Positions 1-9,413 of a stretch of DNA of 57,619 nucleotides are shown one piece after another. The stretch spans positions 1 through 57,619 of the forward strand of contig CALVPP010000002.1 in the NCBI GenBank assembly GCA_944351395.1. Direction: 5' to 3'. Under the pieces are notes generated by a model. It was not told where the DNA came from. It did not search any database and saw only the letters and a list, made by a program, of their open reading frames with translations. This DNA comes from an uncultured Bacilli bacterium. Its GTDB lineage: Bacteria; Bacillota_I; Bacilli_A; RFN20; CAG-826. How positions within the stretch are numbered: position 1 is the first letter of the stretch; each line of letters starts with the position of its first letter. Position numbers and translations under genes: made by a program.

Positions 1-72
1 CGAACGACGGGAGTTGAACCCGCGAATGACCGGTTCACAGCCGGTTGTGTTAACCACTTCACCACATTCGCC
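1..72 (-). tRNA. tRNA-His (anticodon GTG). The last acceptor nucleotide, the discriminator and any CCA lie beyond the window edge
   Basis: Reverse complement reads G-GCGAATG-TG-GTGAAGTGGTTAACAC-A-ACCGG-CTGTGAA-CCGGT-CATTC-GCGGG-TTCAACT-CCCGT-CGTTCG. This gives a cloverleaf with a 5-bp anticodon stem, loop CT-GTG-AA, T-loop TTCAACT and acceptor GCGAATG/CGTTCG(C). The extra 5' G(-1) is typical of tRNA-His. Confidence 0.85.
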
Positions 73-132
73 AGCGACTTATATTATAGATATTCTCTTG
101 CTTTTAAGCAAAGAAATAATTTGCGAATTATA

Positions 133-1590
133 TTATCTATAAGCGCTTGCGTCGACGCTTTCACCATGAGCTAGGAGATTTTCCATGTCCATTCTTACGA
201 TTTCTCTAGCGTATACTTCATCTAAATATTCCACTACTTGCGTATCAGGATCAAAATCGATAATCGCCGTGTAGTTTCTTCCTGTTGACATCTTAAAGGC
301 TGTAAAATTTGTCGCAGCGATAAGATAATTTGCCTCTGCATCAACTGGTGTTTTTAAATCAGGATATAATTCCCCTTCACGAGAGAAATCTTCCAGTTGG
401 AAGCCACTAAGACTTAAAATGACAATCTCGTTATCAAAAGGCATAGCTTTATATAACCTTTCGTATGTGACATCACCTTCTGGTAAAGTTGCTCTTTGTG
501 AATAAGAATCTAAAGCGTAGACAACTTCATATTCCGTATTAGCGTTCACATATTCCAATATCGATTCAGCACTATAACGAGATAAGACATAATCCATGTC
601 TAAATCACCATTTGTGATACGACCAATGACTTTTTTATCGCCTGCTATATCATGATTTTCATTTAGCCATTGAGCAATTTCTGGGTCTTCATCAAAATTG
701 TATAGGAAGTCTTCTTCCGTATAGCCAGTGAGGTCACTATCGATACTAAATTCTTTCGTTTCCGTATCGACGATGAAACGTATTTGCGAAATATGATGTC
801 CATCCACTCCACCTTCGATGATATAAACATCATTTCGACTATCTGAATATACTTCATGATTGTGGGCGGCGAATATGACGTCGACGTATGGAGAATAAGT
901 ACTCAAATTATTTGAACTCCCTCCTTCATGCATCGAAAGGACGACGATGTCACAATTTTCTTCTTCTTTGAGAATAGTAGAAGCCTCTCTCACGTAATTT
1001 AAAGGCCTATCGAAAGTGATATCTTCGACGTATGGAGAATAAATGGATGTCCATTGTTGATTGCCGATGATACCAATTATCCCAATTTTTATTCCAAGTC
1101 TTTCGACGATTGTATAAGGTTTGACATAATCTAATGCTTCGCTATTAGGATAAGAAACGATATTTGCTCCTAAAAATGGAAAATCAGCAGTTGTTAAGAC
1201 GTTATGAATGTTATCTTGACCCCAATCGAATTCATGGTTTCCTAGCGTCATAGCGTCAAATTCCATCATATTCATCCATTCGGTCATGAGTAAACCTTTA
1301 TCACTATTAGAAGCACTGCTACCTTGCCACATGTCTCCACCGCTTAAAAGCACTAAACCATCTGGATTTCTGGCTCTTCTATTTTTGATGTAACGACCAA
1401 TTTTAGCAATACCCGGATCTTTATCGACATCGTCTCTTACCATCTTCCCGTGCAAATCGTTGATGTGCAATATGTCGATGTAAACTTTCCCATCTGGGGG
1501 AATATCAGGATCAGGCAATGGGGCTGGACCACAACTAAAAACAGTAAAAATTAGAGGAAATAATAACAAAAGGGAATATTTTTTTCTCAT
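133..1590 (-). CDS. Lipoprotein, bifunctional metallophosphatase/5'-nucleotidase family
   Basis: Signal peptide with lipobox (LIFTVFS-C). Calcineurin-like metallophosphoesterase motifs are present: [29 protein letters not shown]. The long C-terminal region is typical of 5'-nucleotidases. ATGA start/stop overlap with gpmA. Confidence 0.85.
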   Translation of the reverse strand: MRKKYSLLLLFPLIFTVFSCGPAPLPDPDIPPDGKVYIDILHINDLHGKMVRDDVDKDPGIAKIGRYIKNRRARNPDGLVLLSGGDMWQGSSASNSDKGLLMTEWMNMMEFDAMTLGNHEFDWGQDNIHNVLTTADFPFLGANIVSYPNSEALDYVKPYTIVERLGIKIGIIGIIGNQQWTSIYSPYVEDITFDRPLNYVREASTILKEEENCDIVVLSMHEGGSSNNLSTYSPYVDVIFAAHNHEVYSDSRNDVYIIEGGVDGHHISQIRFIVDTETKEFSIDSDLTGYTEEDFLYNFDEDPEIAQWLNENHDIAGDKKVIGRITNGDLDMDYVLSRYSAESILEYVNANTEYEVVYALDSYSQRATLPEGDVTYERLYKAMPFDNEIVILSLSGFQLEDFSREGELYPDLKTPVDAEANYLIAATNFTAFKMSTGRNYTAIIDFDPDTQVVEYLDEVYAREIVRMDMENLLAHGESVDASAYR

Positions 1591-2333
1591 TTAGCCTTGC
1601 CTTGGTTTTTAACAGCGTTCATCTTCTTTGCTAATTCTTCTTGATCGCCTAAATAATATTTTTTGACCATCTTGAAATCATCATCAAATTCATAGACTAG
1701 AGGTACACCAGTTGGAATATTTACATCGATAATTTCTTCGTCAGTTAAATTATCAAAATATTTGACGAGCGATCTTAATGAATTGCCATGAGCGACGATG
1801 AGAACACGTTTACCCGCTTCCATATCTTTTTTAATCACTTCGTTAAAGTAAGGAACGGTGCGTTGAATCGTCTCTTTTAAAGATTCAGTTAAAGGTAAAT
1901 TTTTCTTATCTTCGTTACGATACATCGGGGCAACATAAGGTGAACGAGGATCGTCTGGTTCAAGAGCGGGCGGGCAGACATCGAAACTACGACGCCAAAG
2001 CTTCACTTGTTCTTCACCATATTTTTTTGCGGTCTCTGCTTTGTTTAAACCTTGTAAGGCACCATAATGTTTTTCGTTTAGATGCCAATCTTTGACGACA
2101 GGTAGCCAATCTCTATCCATCTCGTCTAAGACATTGTTTAATGTGTGAATAGCTCTTTTTAAATAAGAGGTGTAACAAATATCAAAATCATAGCCATCTG
2201 CTTTTAATAGACGGCCAGCATTTTTTGCCTCTTCGATGCCGGTTGGGGAAAGATCGACATCCGTCCAACCTGTGAATAAGTTTTCTTTGTTCCATAAACT
2301 TTCGCCGTGGCGAATGAGCACTAATTTCATCAT
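1587..2333 (-). CDS. gpmA: 2,3-bisphosphoglycerate-dependent phosphoglycerate mutase
   Basis: N-terminus [28 protein letters not shown] carries the RHGE histidine-phosphatase signature, and HGNSLR is near the C-terminus. The ORF-track start (TTG at 2357) contains the SD AAAGGAG, so I trimmed the start to ATG 2333. Confidence 0.93.
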   Translation of the reverse strand: MMKLVLIRHGESLWNKENLFTGWTDVDLSPTGIEEAKNAGRLLKADGYDFDICYTSYLKRAIHTLNNVLDEMDRDWLPVVKDWHLNEKHYGALQGLNKAETAKKYGEEQVKLWRRSFDVCPPALEPDDPRSPYVAPMYRNEDKKNLPLTESLKETIQRTVPYFNEVIKKDMEAGKRVLIVAHGNSLRSLVKYFDNLTDEEIIDVNIPTGVPLVYEFDDDFKMVKKYYLGDQEELAKKMNAVKNQGKAK

Positions 2334-2398
2334 TTTGTTCTTTTTATCTCCTTTCAAAATAATGTGTCTATAAACAAACTACACCTATATTATAACGA

Positions 2399-2825
2399 TT
2401 ATTGCCATTCATCAAAGATGGTAAAATCATGATATGCCTTTTTGATAGGTAGTTTTTTATAAGTAATTGGGTCTAATAAGGCTTCTCGCCAATGAAGTCT
2501 TAAACGAGACATGATAATTTTTACGAATTTTTTGTCTTCTTCACGAAGTCCTCTATATTTCTTCCTTATAGCCCATAAAGATTTTAATGGACGATTAATA
2601 ATATCACCCAAACTATTGTTTTCCGTTTTTAATACTTCAAAGATGATATTGATGAAACGTCTTTTTATCTAATGATATATCCCCTAAGAATAGGCCTCTT
2701 CCCTCATTATCCAAAGTAGGTGCAATATCGTCCCATTTTAAATATGTCAAAGCGGATAATATTAAACTATCCACTTCTCCAATGGGGCGTTTATGAAAAG
2801 AATATTGTCCCCATTTTTTTAACAT
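2399..2825 (-). pseudogene. Two short out-of-frame ORFs (62 aa and 70 aa), probably decayed gene remnants
   Basis: ORF 2637..2825 (..GEVDSLILSALTYLKWDDIAP..) resembles only the N-terminal ~60 aa of DUF2974/Mbeg1-like proteins, which are normally >300 aa. ORF 2399..2611 is in another frame and ends ..TIFDEWQ-stop, like the Walker-B segment (TLFDEWQ) of the ATPase at 9414..10694. Neither ORF has a convincing SD. Confidence 0.3.
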
Positions 2826-2849
2826 ATTGGATGATATTCATGTTTTGTT

Positions 2850-3749
2850 TTAATCAGTTACTTTCTTTTGATAATGAAAAACGTAGACGAAATAAGCGGT
2901 GACAAGATAGACGATACCGCTTAAAAGCATGCTCATAGAAACGTCAGTAAGGAAATGATTACCGCTCAAGATGCGAATGAACGCAGCTAATAAAACAAAT
3001 AACAAAGCACCATATGTCAACAAAGCATTATATGTGCGTTTTGCTAATGAAGGATAAAAAATCATGAGAGTAGAGACGAGCGGAAAAATGGCCATCGCTT
3101 TATTCACATGCCCGCTTGGAAATGATTTATAGACGCCCATCTCGTTAAAATTAGGATTCCACCAGTTAGTAAATGTCGCACCACTATTTAAGATGTCATT
3201 ATATCTTGCTCTACCCCATACATATTTAATGACGATAGTAAATAAAATGCTGACGCCTAATGCGATGATAAGAAATAAACCGACACGGAGAAGTTGATCA
3301 CTATTTTTATTTTTTGTCATATAAGTAGATAAAGTTAATAACACTAGTTCAATCGTCACGGCAATGATGATAGAAATGAGATAGATGACAGATGCGCTAG
3401 CAATCGCTCCACTCATCGATAAAATCTCTTCGATATCCATGACCATGAGGACGATACTCACGATGAAAACGATGATCATACCACTAACGTAGAACCACCA
3501 TTTCTTTTTATCGTTCGCAATGAAGACGACGAATAAACACGATATTGCTATAGCAAAACACATATATAAAGGCAAAGTAAAGATGAATGATAAAATCATC
3601 CATCCGATGTTATCAGATATCGCTATCGCTTCACTAAAATCTAAATCAAAGACTGATCCGATAGCGAATATAGCGATAAATACTAAAGCAATTAAAATAA
3701 TATCGAAGATGAATAATGATCGAAATTTGAGATTAAATAACTTTTTCAT
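2850..3749 (-). CDS. PAP2-family membrane phosphatase
   Basis: Polytopic membrane protein carrying the three PAP2 motifs in order: K..WGRAR(Y), SFPSGH, and SGNHFLTDV. Confidence 0.8.
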   Translation of the reverse strand: MKKLFNLKFRSLFIFDIILIALVFIAIFAIGSVFDLDFSEAIAISDNIGWMILSFIFTLPLYMCFAIAISCLFVVFIANDKKKWWFYVSGMIIVFIVSIVLMVMDIEEILSMSGAIASASVIYLISIIIAVTIELVLLTLSTYMTKNKNSDQLLRVGLFLIIALGVSILFTIVIKYVWGRARYNDILNSGATFTNWWNPNFNEMGVYKSFPSGHVNKAMAIFPLVSTLMIFYPSLAKRTYNALLTYGALLFVLLAAFIRILSGNHFLTDVSMSMLLSGIVYLVTAYFVYVFHYQKKVTD

Positions 3750-3847
3750 TCTTTATTTATTATAGCTTAAACATTTTTTGCTATGCAAATCATTGCTTTT
3801 TATTTTTATTAGCAACATAATTATTTACATAAAGGAGTGATAATATT

Positions 3848-4420
3848 ATGAAATCATTATTCAATCGTTGGAAATGGTTCCAAATTGTCGAAGGTGTCAT
3901 CTTGCTCGCTCTTGGTCTCATTCTCGCTATTTGTTGTTGGATGTCTGGCTTTGATCAAGCATTAGGTTACATCGTTGCGACCGTCATCTTATTAGACGCA
4001 ATCCTCTTCATCGCTCTACCCTTAATTCCAAAGAAATTAGAGTTCGATATGAGCATCGTCGTCGGAGGTGCACTTGCAGCCATCGCCGTCTTCCTCTTCA
4101 TGGAACCAACATTCCTCAAACAATTCTTACCAGTTCTCGTCGGTACCGTTCTCGTCGCTGTCTCGGTCTATTTCCTCACCAAAGCTGTAAAAGATATCTT
4201 AGATCATCTTAGACCAGTCACTATTGCCTTTGATTTTGCTGCATGGGCTTTAAGTTTAGCGTTAGGTATCACATTCCTCGTCTTTGGTATCCAAGGTACC
4301 GCTAGCGACATTACCAACATCTTACTTACTATCGTCGGTGCCGCTTTAGCTTTAGTCGGTCTTATGATCATCATATCGACTATCGTCATCGTCGCTCGTG
4401 CGAGAAAAGCAAGAAGTTAA
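3848..4420 (+). CDS. Small integral membrane protein of unknown function (about 6 TM segments)
   Basis: 190-aa ORF that is hydrophobic throughout. SD AAGGAG lies 8 nt upstream of the ATG. Its terminator is the hairpin split by the IS insertion. Confidence 0.6.
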   Translation: MKSLFNRWKWFQIVEGVILLALGLILAICCWMSGFDQALGYIVATVILLDAILFIALPLIPKKLEFDMSIVVGGALAAIAVFLFMEPTFLKQFLPVLVGTVLVAVSVYFLTKAVKDILDHLRPVTIAFDFAAWALSLALGITFLVFGIQGTASDITNILLTIVGAALALVGLMIIISTIVIVARARKARS

Positions 4421-4542
4421 TTTTTATTTGACATTAGTTTTTAAAAGAGCAGTTTCGTGAAGTGCTAGTGTAAAAGTGGACAAGGGTAAAAAAGCCCCAT
4501 CCACTTTTTTCTTTGTTATTCTATTAAAAAGGAGGATCTATC

Positions 4543-4923
4543 ATGGCAAGACAAAAAGGAACAAAAAATAATATGCGTTCTCCAAAAGAAAAAGAACAAA
4601 TAGTTCTTGAAGCGTTCAAATGTGGTCCTAATGTGACATTCAAAAAATATGGCATTAGCGAGAGATTGTTGCATAGTTGGATGAGAAAGTATCGTGAAAA
4701 TGGTATTGATGGCTTAATAAGCAAAACCGGCAAGTCACCTAAGCCAGGAAACGGCTTAAAAGGATTACATGTTAAGAAAAACAAAACTAGAGAAGAAGAA
4801 CTTGAGCTTGAGAATCTTAAGTTAAAAATTGAGGTAGCCCGATTAAAAAAAGGGTACCAAGTGAAAGGAGTTGGTTCAAAAAAGGAATACGTTACTATCA
4901 AAGACTCGAATACGAAGTCTTAG
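4543..4923 (+). CDS. IS3-family transposase OrfA (HTH DNA-binding protein)
   Basis: 126 aa with an N-terminal HTH and a leucine-zipper-like LELENLKLKIEVARLKK. SD GGAGG lies upstream. Confidence 0.88.
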   Translation: MARQKGTKNNMRSPKEKEQIVLEAFKCGPNVTFKKYGISERLLHSWMRKYRENGIDGLISKTGKSPKPGNGLKGLHVKKNKTREEELELENLKLKIEVARLKKGYQVKGVGSKKEYVTIKDSNTKS

Positions 4924-5774
4924 ACGAATTATCTAAACAATATTCTGTATCATTACTATGTAATGTTATGGATATAAATCGAAGCGGATATTATAAATGG
5001 AAATATCGTAAAGCTCATCCATCAGCAAGACATATACAAAGGATGAAAGATGTTGAATTCATCAAGGAAGAGTCTGACAAACATAAAGCTCACGGTTATC
5101 GTTGGTTAGCAGCGTTTCTACAAAGAAAATATGGAGTAATCATGTCTCCAGAATACATATATCGATGCAGGAAATATGCAGGAGTTATATGTGAATCAAA
5201 ACATTATAAATGGAAGAAACCTGGAGAAAATAGTTACATTTATGACAATCTAATATGGAACAATTGGAATGCATCTAAACCATTAGAAATAATCGTATCT
5301 GATATGACATCATTCTATTCCAAAGGAATATATTACGAATTAACGTTATACTTCGATACGTTCAATCGTGAAATTGTGGGGTTTGGATTAACAAACAGAC
5401 GAGGAGAAGCAAGGCCATATTTTGAAGGATTAGAACAAGTTATAGGGCTTATAAAAGAAAAAGAACAAACCAGCTTATCTACATTGCATACAGATCAAGG
5501 CGCGGTTTATTCTTCTGAAGCCTTTAACAAGCTTCTATCTAATAATAACATTATCCATTCAATGTCTCGAGCAGGAACTCCAACAGATAATCCAATAGAT
5601 GAATCTCTTAATGGGTGGATCAAAGATGAACTATTTATCGATTTCAATTTGAAGAAGTGTGATGATGTTTTATCTTTGATAAGGGATTACATCAATTATT
5701 ATAATTACGAACGTCCAATGTACTGTCTTAAATACAAAACCCCACATCAGTATAAAACTGACATGGGGTATTGA
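4543..5774 (+). CDS. IS3-family transposase OrfAB fusion, made by programmed -1 frameshift at 4878..4884
   Basis: Slipping -1 at A-AAA-AAG gives ..KK-GIRYYQRLEYEVLDELSKQYSVSLLCNVMDINRSGYYKW.., running in frame into the 4968..5774 ORF. The DDE integrase core is present: VSDMT, HTDQGAVY, ESLNGWIKDE. Confidence 0.82.
4878..4884 (+). promoter_or_regulatory. Programmed -1 ribosomal frameshift heptamer A-AAA-AAG
   Basis: The heptamer is in the X-XXY-YYZ phase of orfA (TCA AAA AAG). The -1 frame is open from here to the orfB stop. Confidence 0.8.
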
Positions 5775-5854
5775 TGCTTTTTTAAACTGTCTACTTTTTG
5801 TTGACTAGTTCATCGTGCTGCTCTTTTTTTTAATGAATCACTTAAGCTTTTTAT

Positions 5855-6616
5855 TCAATTAGTTGGTGCGATTAAAAATTCATTTGCATTTGGTTTATGT
5901 ATATTAGCGCTTAAATTTACATTAGCGCGCACCGTTAGTGCTGCACCATTATCATCTTCCATGACCATTTCAACACTACGCAAGATATAATCATCAATCT
6001 TAGCGTTCATACGATTGATCAACTCCTCATTTTTTTCTTCGTATGCGACGTGTAATTGTCCTTCCTTATCACTACCAAAACTATAAGACATCTCTATCAC
6101 CGGATTTCCTGATTCGATAGTAGTAAAGACACTATTGATAGAACTTGAAACACTGTAAGTGAGAATGACAGGGTTATACATCGATTCATCTAACACGCGA
6201 GCCACATTTTCATCAAAATAAGCTTTCGCCAATTCTTCGGTGTCAAAATGTTTAGTGAGGTTTTCTTTGCTAGTCGTCTCTTCTAGTATGCAAACACTAG
6301 TGCCTTCGACGTACATCCAACTTTTCATAGTCATATTCGTCTCGCTTGCATCATCATAATTATATGTTTCAGCGTAAAAATAATATGCATTAGCGTCATA
6401 ACTAGTAATATTTCTCATCGTAGAATTGCCGTCTACTGCATCTTTAGTCGACATGTAAAATTCAATCGTAAAAGCATCGGGAGTAAGAATTTGCCCTGCT
6501 TCTAAAGTAGAAACAATATCATTTAGTCTAACCTTCGCTTCATCTAAAGTTATAGGTGTCGGACCGCAAGATGATAAAAGAAGAATAGGTAATATAGTTA
6601 AGGATAATCTTTTCAT
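5855..6616 (-). CDS. Lipoprotein of unknown function (paralog of 6726..7508)
   Basis: MKRLSLTILPILLLSS-C lipobox. SD AGGAGG lies upstream of ATG 6616; the ORF-track start at 6667 was trimmed. It shares the motifs PDAFTIEFY, ANAYY, WMYVEGT and C-terminal KPN..EF with the neighbouring gene. Confidence 0.8.
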   Translation of the reverse strand: MKRLSLTILPILLLSSCGPTPITLDEAKVRLNDIVSTLEAGQILTPDAFTIEFYMSTKDAVDGNSTMRNITSYDANAYYFYAETYNYDDASETNMTMKSWMYVEGTSVCILEETTSKENLTKHFDTEELAKAYFDENVARVLDESMYNPVILTYSVSSSINSVFTTIESGNPVIEMSYSFGSDKEGQLHVAYEEKNEELINRMNAKIDDYILRSVEMVMEDDNGAALTVRANVNLSANIHKPNANEFLIAPTN

Positions 6617-6673
6617 AAAAGCTAGGCCTCCTAATATCATTAAAACAAATATGAAAAAGTAGCACAACTGAAT

Positions 6674-6698
6674 AAAAAAACGATGCCTGATGGCACCG
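6674..6698 (-). terminator. Rho-independent terminator after lipoprotein gene 6726..7508
   Basis: Minus-strand RNA reads CGGUGCC-AUCA-GGCAUCG. This is a 7-bp stem with one G-U pair, followed by U7. Confidence 0.75.
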
Positions 6699-6725
6699 CT
6701 TTATAAATAAAAATTAGAATCTAAG

Positions 6726-7508
6726 CTACATTGATGGCGTATATTCATCTAAGTTTGGTTTGACTAAATCAACATTCAAAGAAACATTAAGAATATCTTG
6801 TATCTCATTCGAACTAGAGAGACCTTTGACTGTATATTTCGTAACGAGTGAATTATCAATTGTGACATCGATTTCTTCGCTTTGGCCTTGATAAGTCATT
6901 TTCATTTTAGCACTTATGTTTTGTTCGCCTGCTGACGCTATATGATAATCTAACGTCGCACCTTCAGGAATTTCTCGCACTTCTGATTCTTCCACTATGG
7001 TGAGTACTTGTTCCACTGATGGTAAAGCATTATTAATGGTTATATTAACAAGATTCATTTGTGAAGCAAGAGAACCCACTCCACCACCCATATCAGTGTT
7101 CATCATATTATTCCACATTAAGTTAGCTGCATCTTCTGTTTCTGCTGGTATTTCAGTGCGTTGTTTTGAACCATTATTATTCACGACGACATAGAATGTA
7201 GTACCTTCGACGTACATCCATTGCTCGACGAACATCGTCTCTTCACCCATCGTAATATCAGATGTCGAATGATAATAACAATTTGCATTATCGATAGCGG
7301 CAAAAGAATCAGTTTCAACATCACTTGATTCATTGACCACTTTCACATATTCTGTGATTGAAAAAGCGGTAGGATTATTGACAGAGCCATTGGTGAGTCG
7401 GGTATCGATATCGTTATAGATTTCCCAAGCATCTTCGATAGAAAAAGATTCACCACAAGACGCTAACGCGAGAGAGGGCAAAAATAATAATAAGCTGAGT
7501 TTTTTCAT
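6726..7508 (-). CDS. Lipoprotein of unknown function (paralog of 5855..6616)
   Basis: MKKLSLLLFLPSLALAS-C lipobox. It shares the motifs PTAFSITEY, ANCYY, WMYVEGT and KPNLDEY with the downstream paralog. Confidence 0.8.
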   Translation of the reverse strand: MKKLSLLLFLPSLALASCGESFSIEDAWEIYNDIDTRLTNGSVNNPTAFSITEYVKVVNESSDVETDSFAAIDNANCYYHSTSDITMGEETMFVEQWMYVEGTTFYVVVNNNGSKQRTEIPAETEDAANLMWNNMMNTDMGGGVGSLASQMNLVNITINNALPSVEQVLTIVEESEVREIPEGATLDYHIASAGEQNISAKMKMTYQGQSEEIDVTIDNSLVTKYTVKGLSSSNEIQDILNVSLNVDLVKPNLDEYTPSM

Positions 7509-7562
7509 ATCTATTTTCTCCTTTCCCTATAGATTTTATCGCTTTAGACAACGAATTAAAAA

Positions 7563-8159
7563 CTAATTTTGTTCCTTTAACACAATTTCTTTAAAGTGTG
7601 GTAAAGAGAGAATCATATCGCAAAATATGTGCCACTCTTTAAGTTTATGAAATCTTCTTTGAAAATAGATGGTCTTTAATTGTTGGTAATTAGTCGTCAT
7701 AGACGCTCCCAAGCAAAAACCACAAGGTAAAGAAGCAACTATTTCTCGCCATAACACTTTCTTCTCATCTTCATCTTCTAAACTCTTATATTTATCGATG
7801 AGAGATTGAATAATTTTTAATACTTCTTCATTCGTATCGCTAACACATTGCGATTTAACGTCAAATTTTAATAAAGAATGCATCGTCGATTGGCTAGAGA
7901 TAAAATCTAACCAATGATAACGTTGTGCTTGTTTCCACCAATATAGTGGAGCGTAGACATCGAATTGAACAATAATCCCTTTTAAAAAATTATCATGTCC
8001 TTCGCCTTTAGGAGTAGAGCCTAATTTAATCGCTCGTGCCATATCTTTTTCGTCAACCGGTTCATTATTAATTTCGGTGCGCATCGGATTACCGCTCGCC
8101 TTGATAGCTTTATCAAGTCCATAAACTTGTACATGATCAACATGAAATTCCATTTTCAT
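7563..8159 (-). CDS. ThyX-fold (flavin-dependent thymidylate synthase-like) protein with a degenerate active-site motif
   Basis: [42 protein letters not shown] aligns by eye with Thermotoga ThyX [76 protein letters not shown] aligns with [34 protein letters not shown]. The RHR..S.R signature is replaced by RYH(W)..Q.T. The gene overlaps the folD 3' end by 23 nt. Confidence 0.6.
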   Translation of the reverse strand: [198 protein letters not shown]

Positions 8160-8946
8160 AAGCCTCCATTACATTTTCCATCAAACTTAATCTCGTAAGT
8201 AATCCCACTCCCCCAGGAACAGGAGTCACTAATAAAACATCATCACGTGGCTCGATATCACCAACTAAATGACCTTCAACACGTGAAATACCAACATCCA
8301 CTAATATGGCATCTTTTAATAAAGGAACATCTTTCTTCAATAAATATGGTTGACCTGTCGCAACGACGATGAGCTGAGCGTGTTTTAGAAAACGATCTCT
8401 ATCTTCTAATTTCGTTTTAGAATGGAGGACAGTTACATTCATGCTCCTATCTAAAAGCATCTTCGCTAAAGGCCGACCGACGATATTGCTTCTCCCAATG
8501 ATGACCGCATTTTTACCACTAAATTCAAAACCTAAATAAGTTAAATAAGAAACTATACCTTTAGGAGTACACGCTTCAAAAGATGATAAAGGATGAAAAC
8601 CATCGACATCTTTTTTTGGGTCGATTATTTTTTTCACTTCTTGTTCGCTAATATGTTTCGGTAAAGGCAATTGGACGATGATACCATCGATTGAAATATC
8701 TTCGTTCAATTGCTCGACTTTAGCTAATAATTCATCTTGACTAGTCTTTTCGTCAAGTTTAATAAGGATTGCTTCTATTCCTAATTCACTCGCGTCTTTC
8801 AATTTACCTTTCACGTAAGAATTAGAAGCTACATCATCATTCACTTGCACGATAGCGAGTTTTGGTGCACGCTTCAAAGAAGCGATTTTAATCTTCAACT
8901 CTTCTTTTCTCAATTTGACGTAGTCTTTAATAGTTAATAAATCCAT
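8137..8946 (-). CDS. folD: Bifunctional 5,10-methylene-tetrahydrofolate dehydrogenase/cyclohydrolase
   Basis: Diagnostic motifs are present: SNSYVKGK, VQLPLPKHI, GRSNIVGRPLAKML, TPVPGGVGLLT. Confidence 0.93.
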   Translation of the reverse strand: MDLLTIKDYVKLRKEELKIKIASLKRAPKLAIVQVNDDVASNSYVKGKLKDASELGIEAILIKLDEKTSQDELLAKVEQLNEDISIDGIIVQLPLPKHISEQEVKKIIDPKKDVDGFHPLSSFEACTPKGIVSYLTYLGFEFSGKNAVIIGRSNIVGRPLAKMLLDRSMNVTVLHSKTKLEDRDRFLKHAQLIVVATGQPYLLKKDVPLLKDAILVDVGISRVEGHLVGDIEPRDDVLLVTPVPGGVGLLTRLSLMENVMEAYENGISC

Positions 8947-9023
8947 ACTTAATAATTATATAGTATCGAGTTAACCTTAAAAGAGATATTTATCAATTTA
9001 GATAAATAATTTTGCTTAAATAA

Positions 9024-9051
9024 TAAAAAAACAAGACCGATTAGATCTTGT
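9024..9051 (-). terminator. Rho-independent terminator after secG
   Basis: Minus-strand RNA reads ACAAGAUC-UAAUC-GGUCUUGU. This is an 8-bp stem with one G-U pair, followed by U8. Confidence 0.75.
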
Positions 9052-9078
9052 TTCATAAATTCAATTTAGTTTAATTAA

Positions 9079-9309
9079 TTACGCAGCCATCGCATTGATC
9101 AATATAGCGATAGTCATGAAGGCGATATCGACGATGAGGGTGAGGATGGAAATCACTTTTTCTGCACCTCTTTCTTTCGTCTTCACGAAAATATTAAGAC
9201 CACCGCCAGTAATCGCACCAGATGCGCCTTGTGATTTGCCACCTTGCATGAGCGATAGGATGATAGCGATGACTCCGACGATTAAGAAGATGATGTCATA
9301 CCATGCCAT
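9079..9309 (-). CDS. secG: Preprotein translocase subunit SecG
   Basis: 76 aa with two TM segments flanking the Gly-rich loop LMQGGKSQGASGAITGGG, which is typical of SecG. Confidence 0.85.
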   Translation of the reverse strand: MAWYDIIFLIVGVIAIILSLMQGGKSQGASGAITGGGLNIFVKTKERGAEKVISILTLIVDIAFMTIAILINAMAA

Positions 9310-9413
9310 GAATCTTTCGACCCCTTTCTTTCGATAACGTTACATATAATACATTCTTTTCTTTCTAGTGTAAACTAGCAAATTTCGCCAAATAAATCAT
9401 TAAAACGTATTCG

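Larger units (their letters stand above)
4458..5812 (+). mobile_element. IS3-family insertion sequence (1355 bp), apparently intact
   Basis: TG...CA termini. Imperfect ~38-bp inverted repeats: IRL is TGAAGTGCTAGTGTAAAAGTGGACAAGGGTAAAAAAGC, and the reverse complement of IRR is TGAACTAGTCAACAAAAAGTAGACAGTTTAAAAAAGC. A 3-bp direct repeat TCG flanks the element (4455..4457 and 5813..5815). It has orfA/orfB with an A-AAA-AAG slippery site. Confidence 0.88.

Noticed and set aside
663-857. 64-aa ORF nested in the 5'-nucleotidase gene (same strand, other frame). Also other ORFs under 100 aa nested in or antisense to long genes
   Set aside because: They are fully contained in strongly supported CDSs, and I see no independent signals such as an SD, conservation or motifs.
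4524-4901. 125-aa minus-strand ORF inside the IS
   Set aside because: It lies antisense to IS3 orfA and has a low-complexity, Ser/Phe-rich translation. The IS3 family is known to encode orfA/orfB on one strand only.
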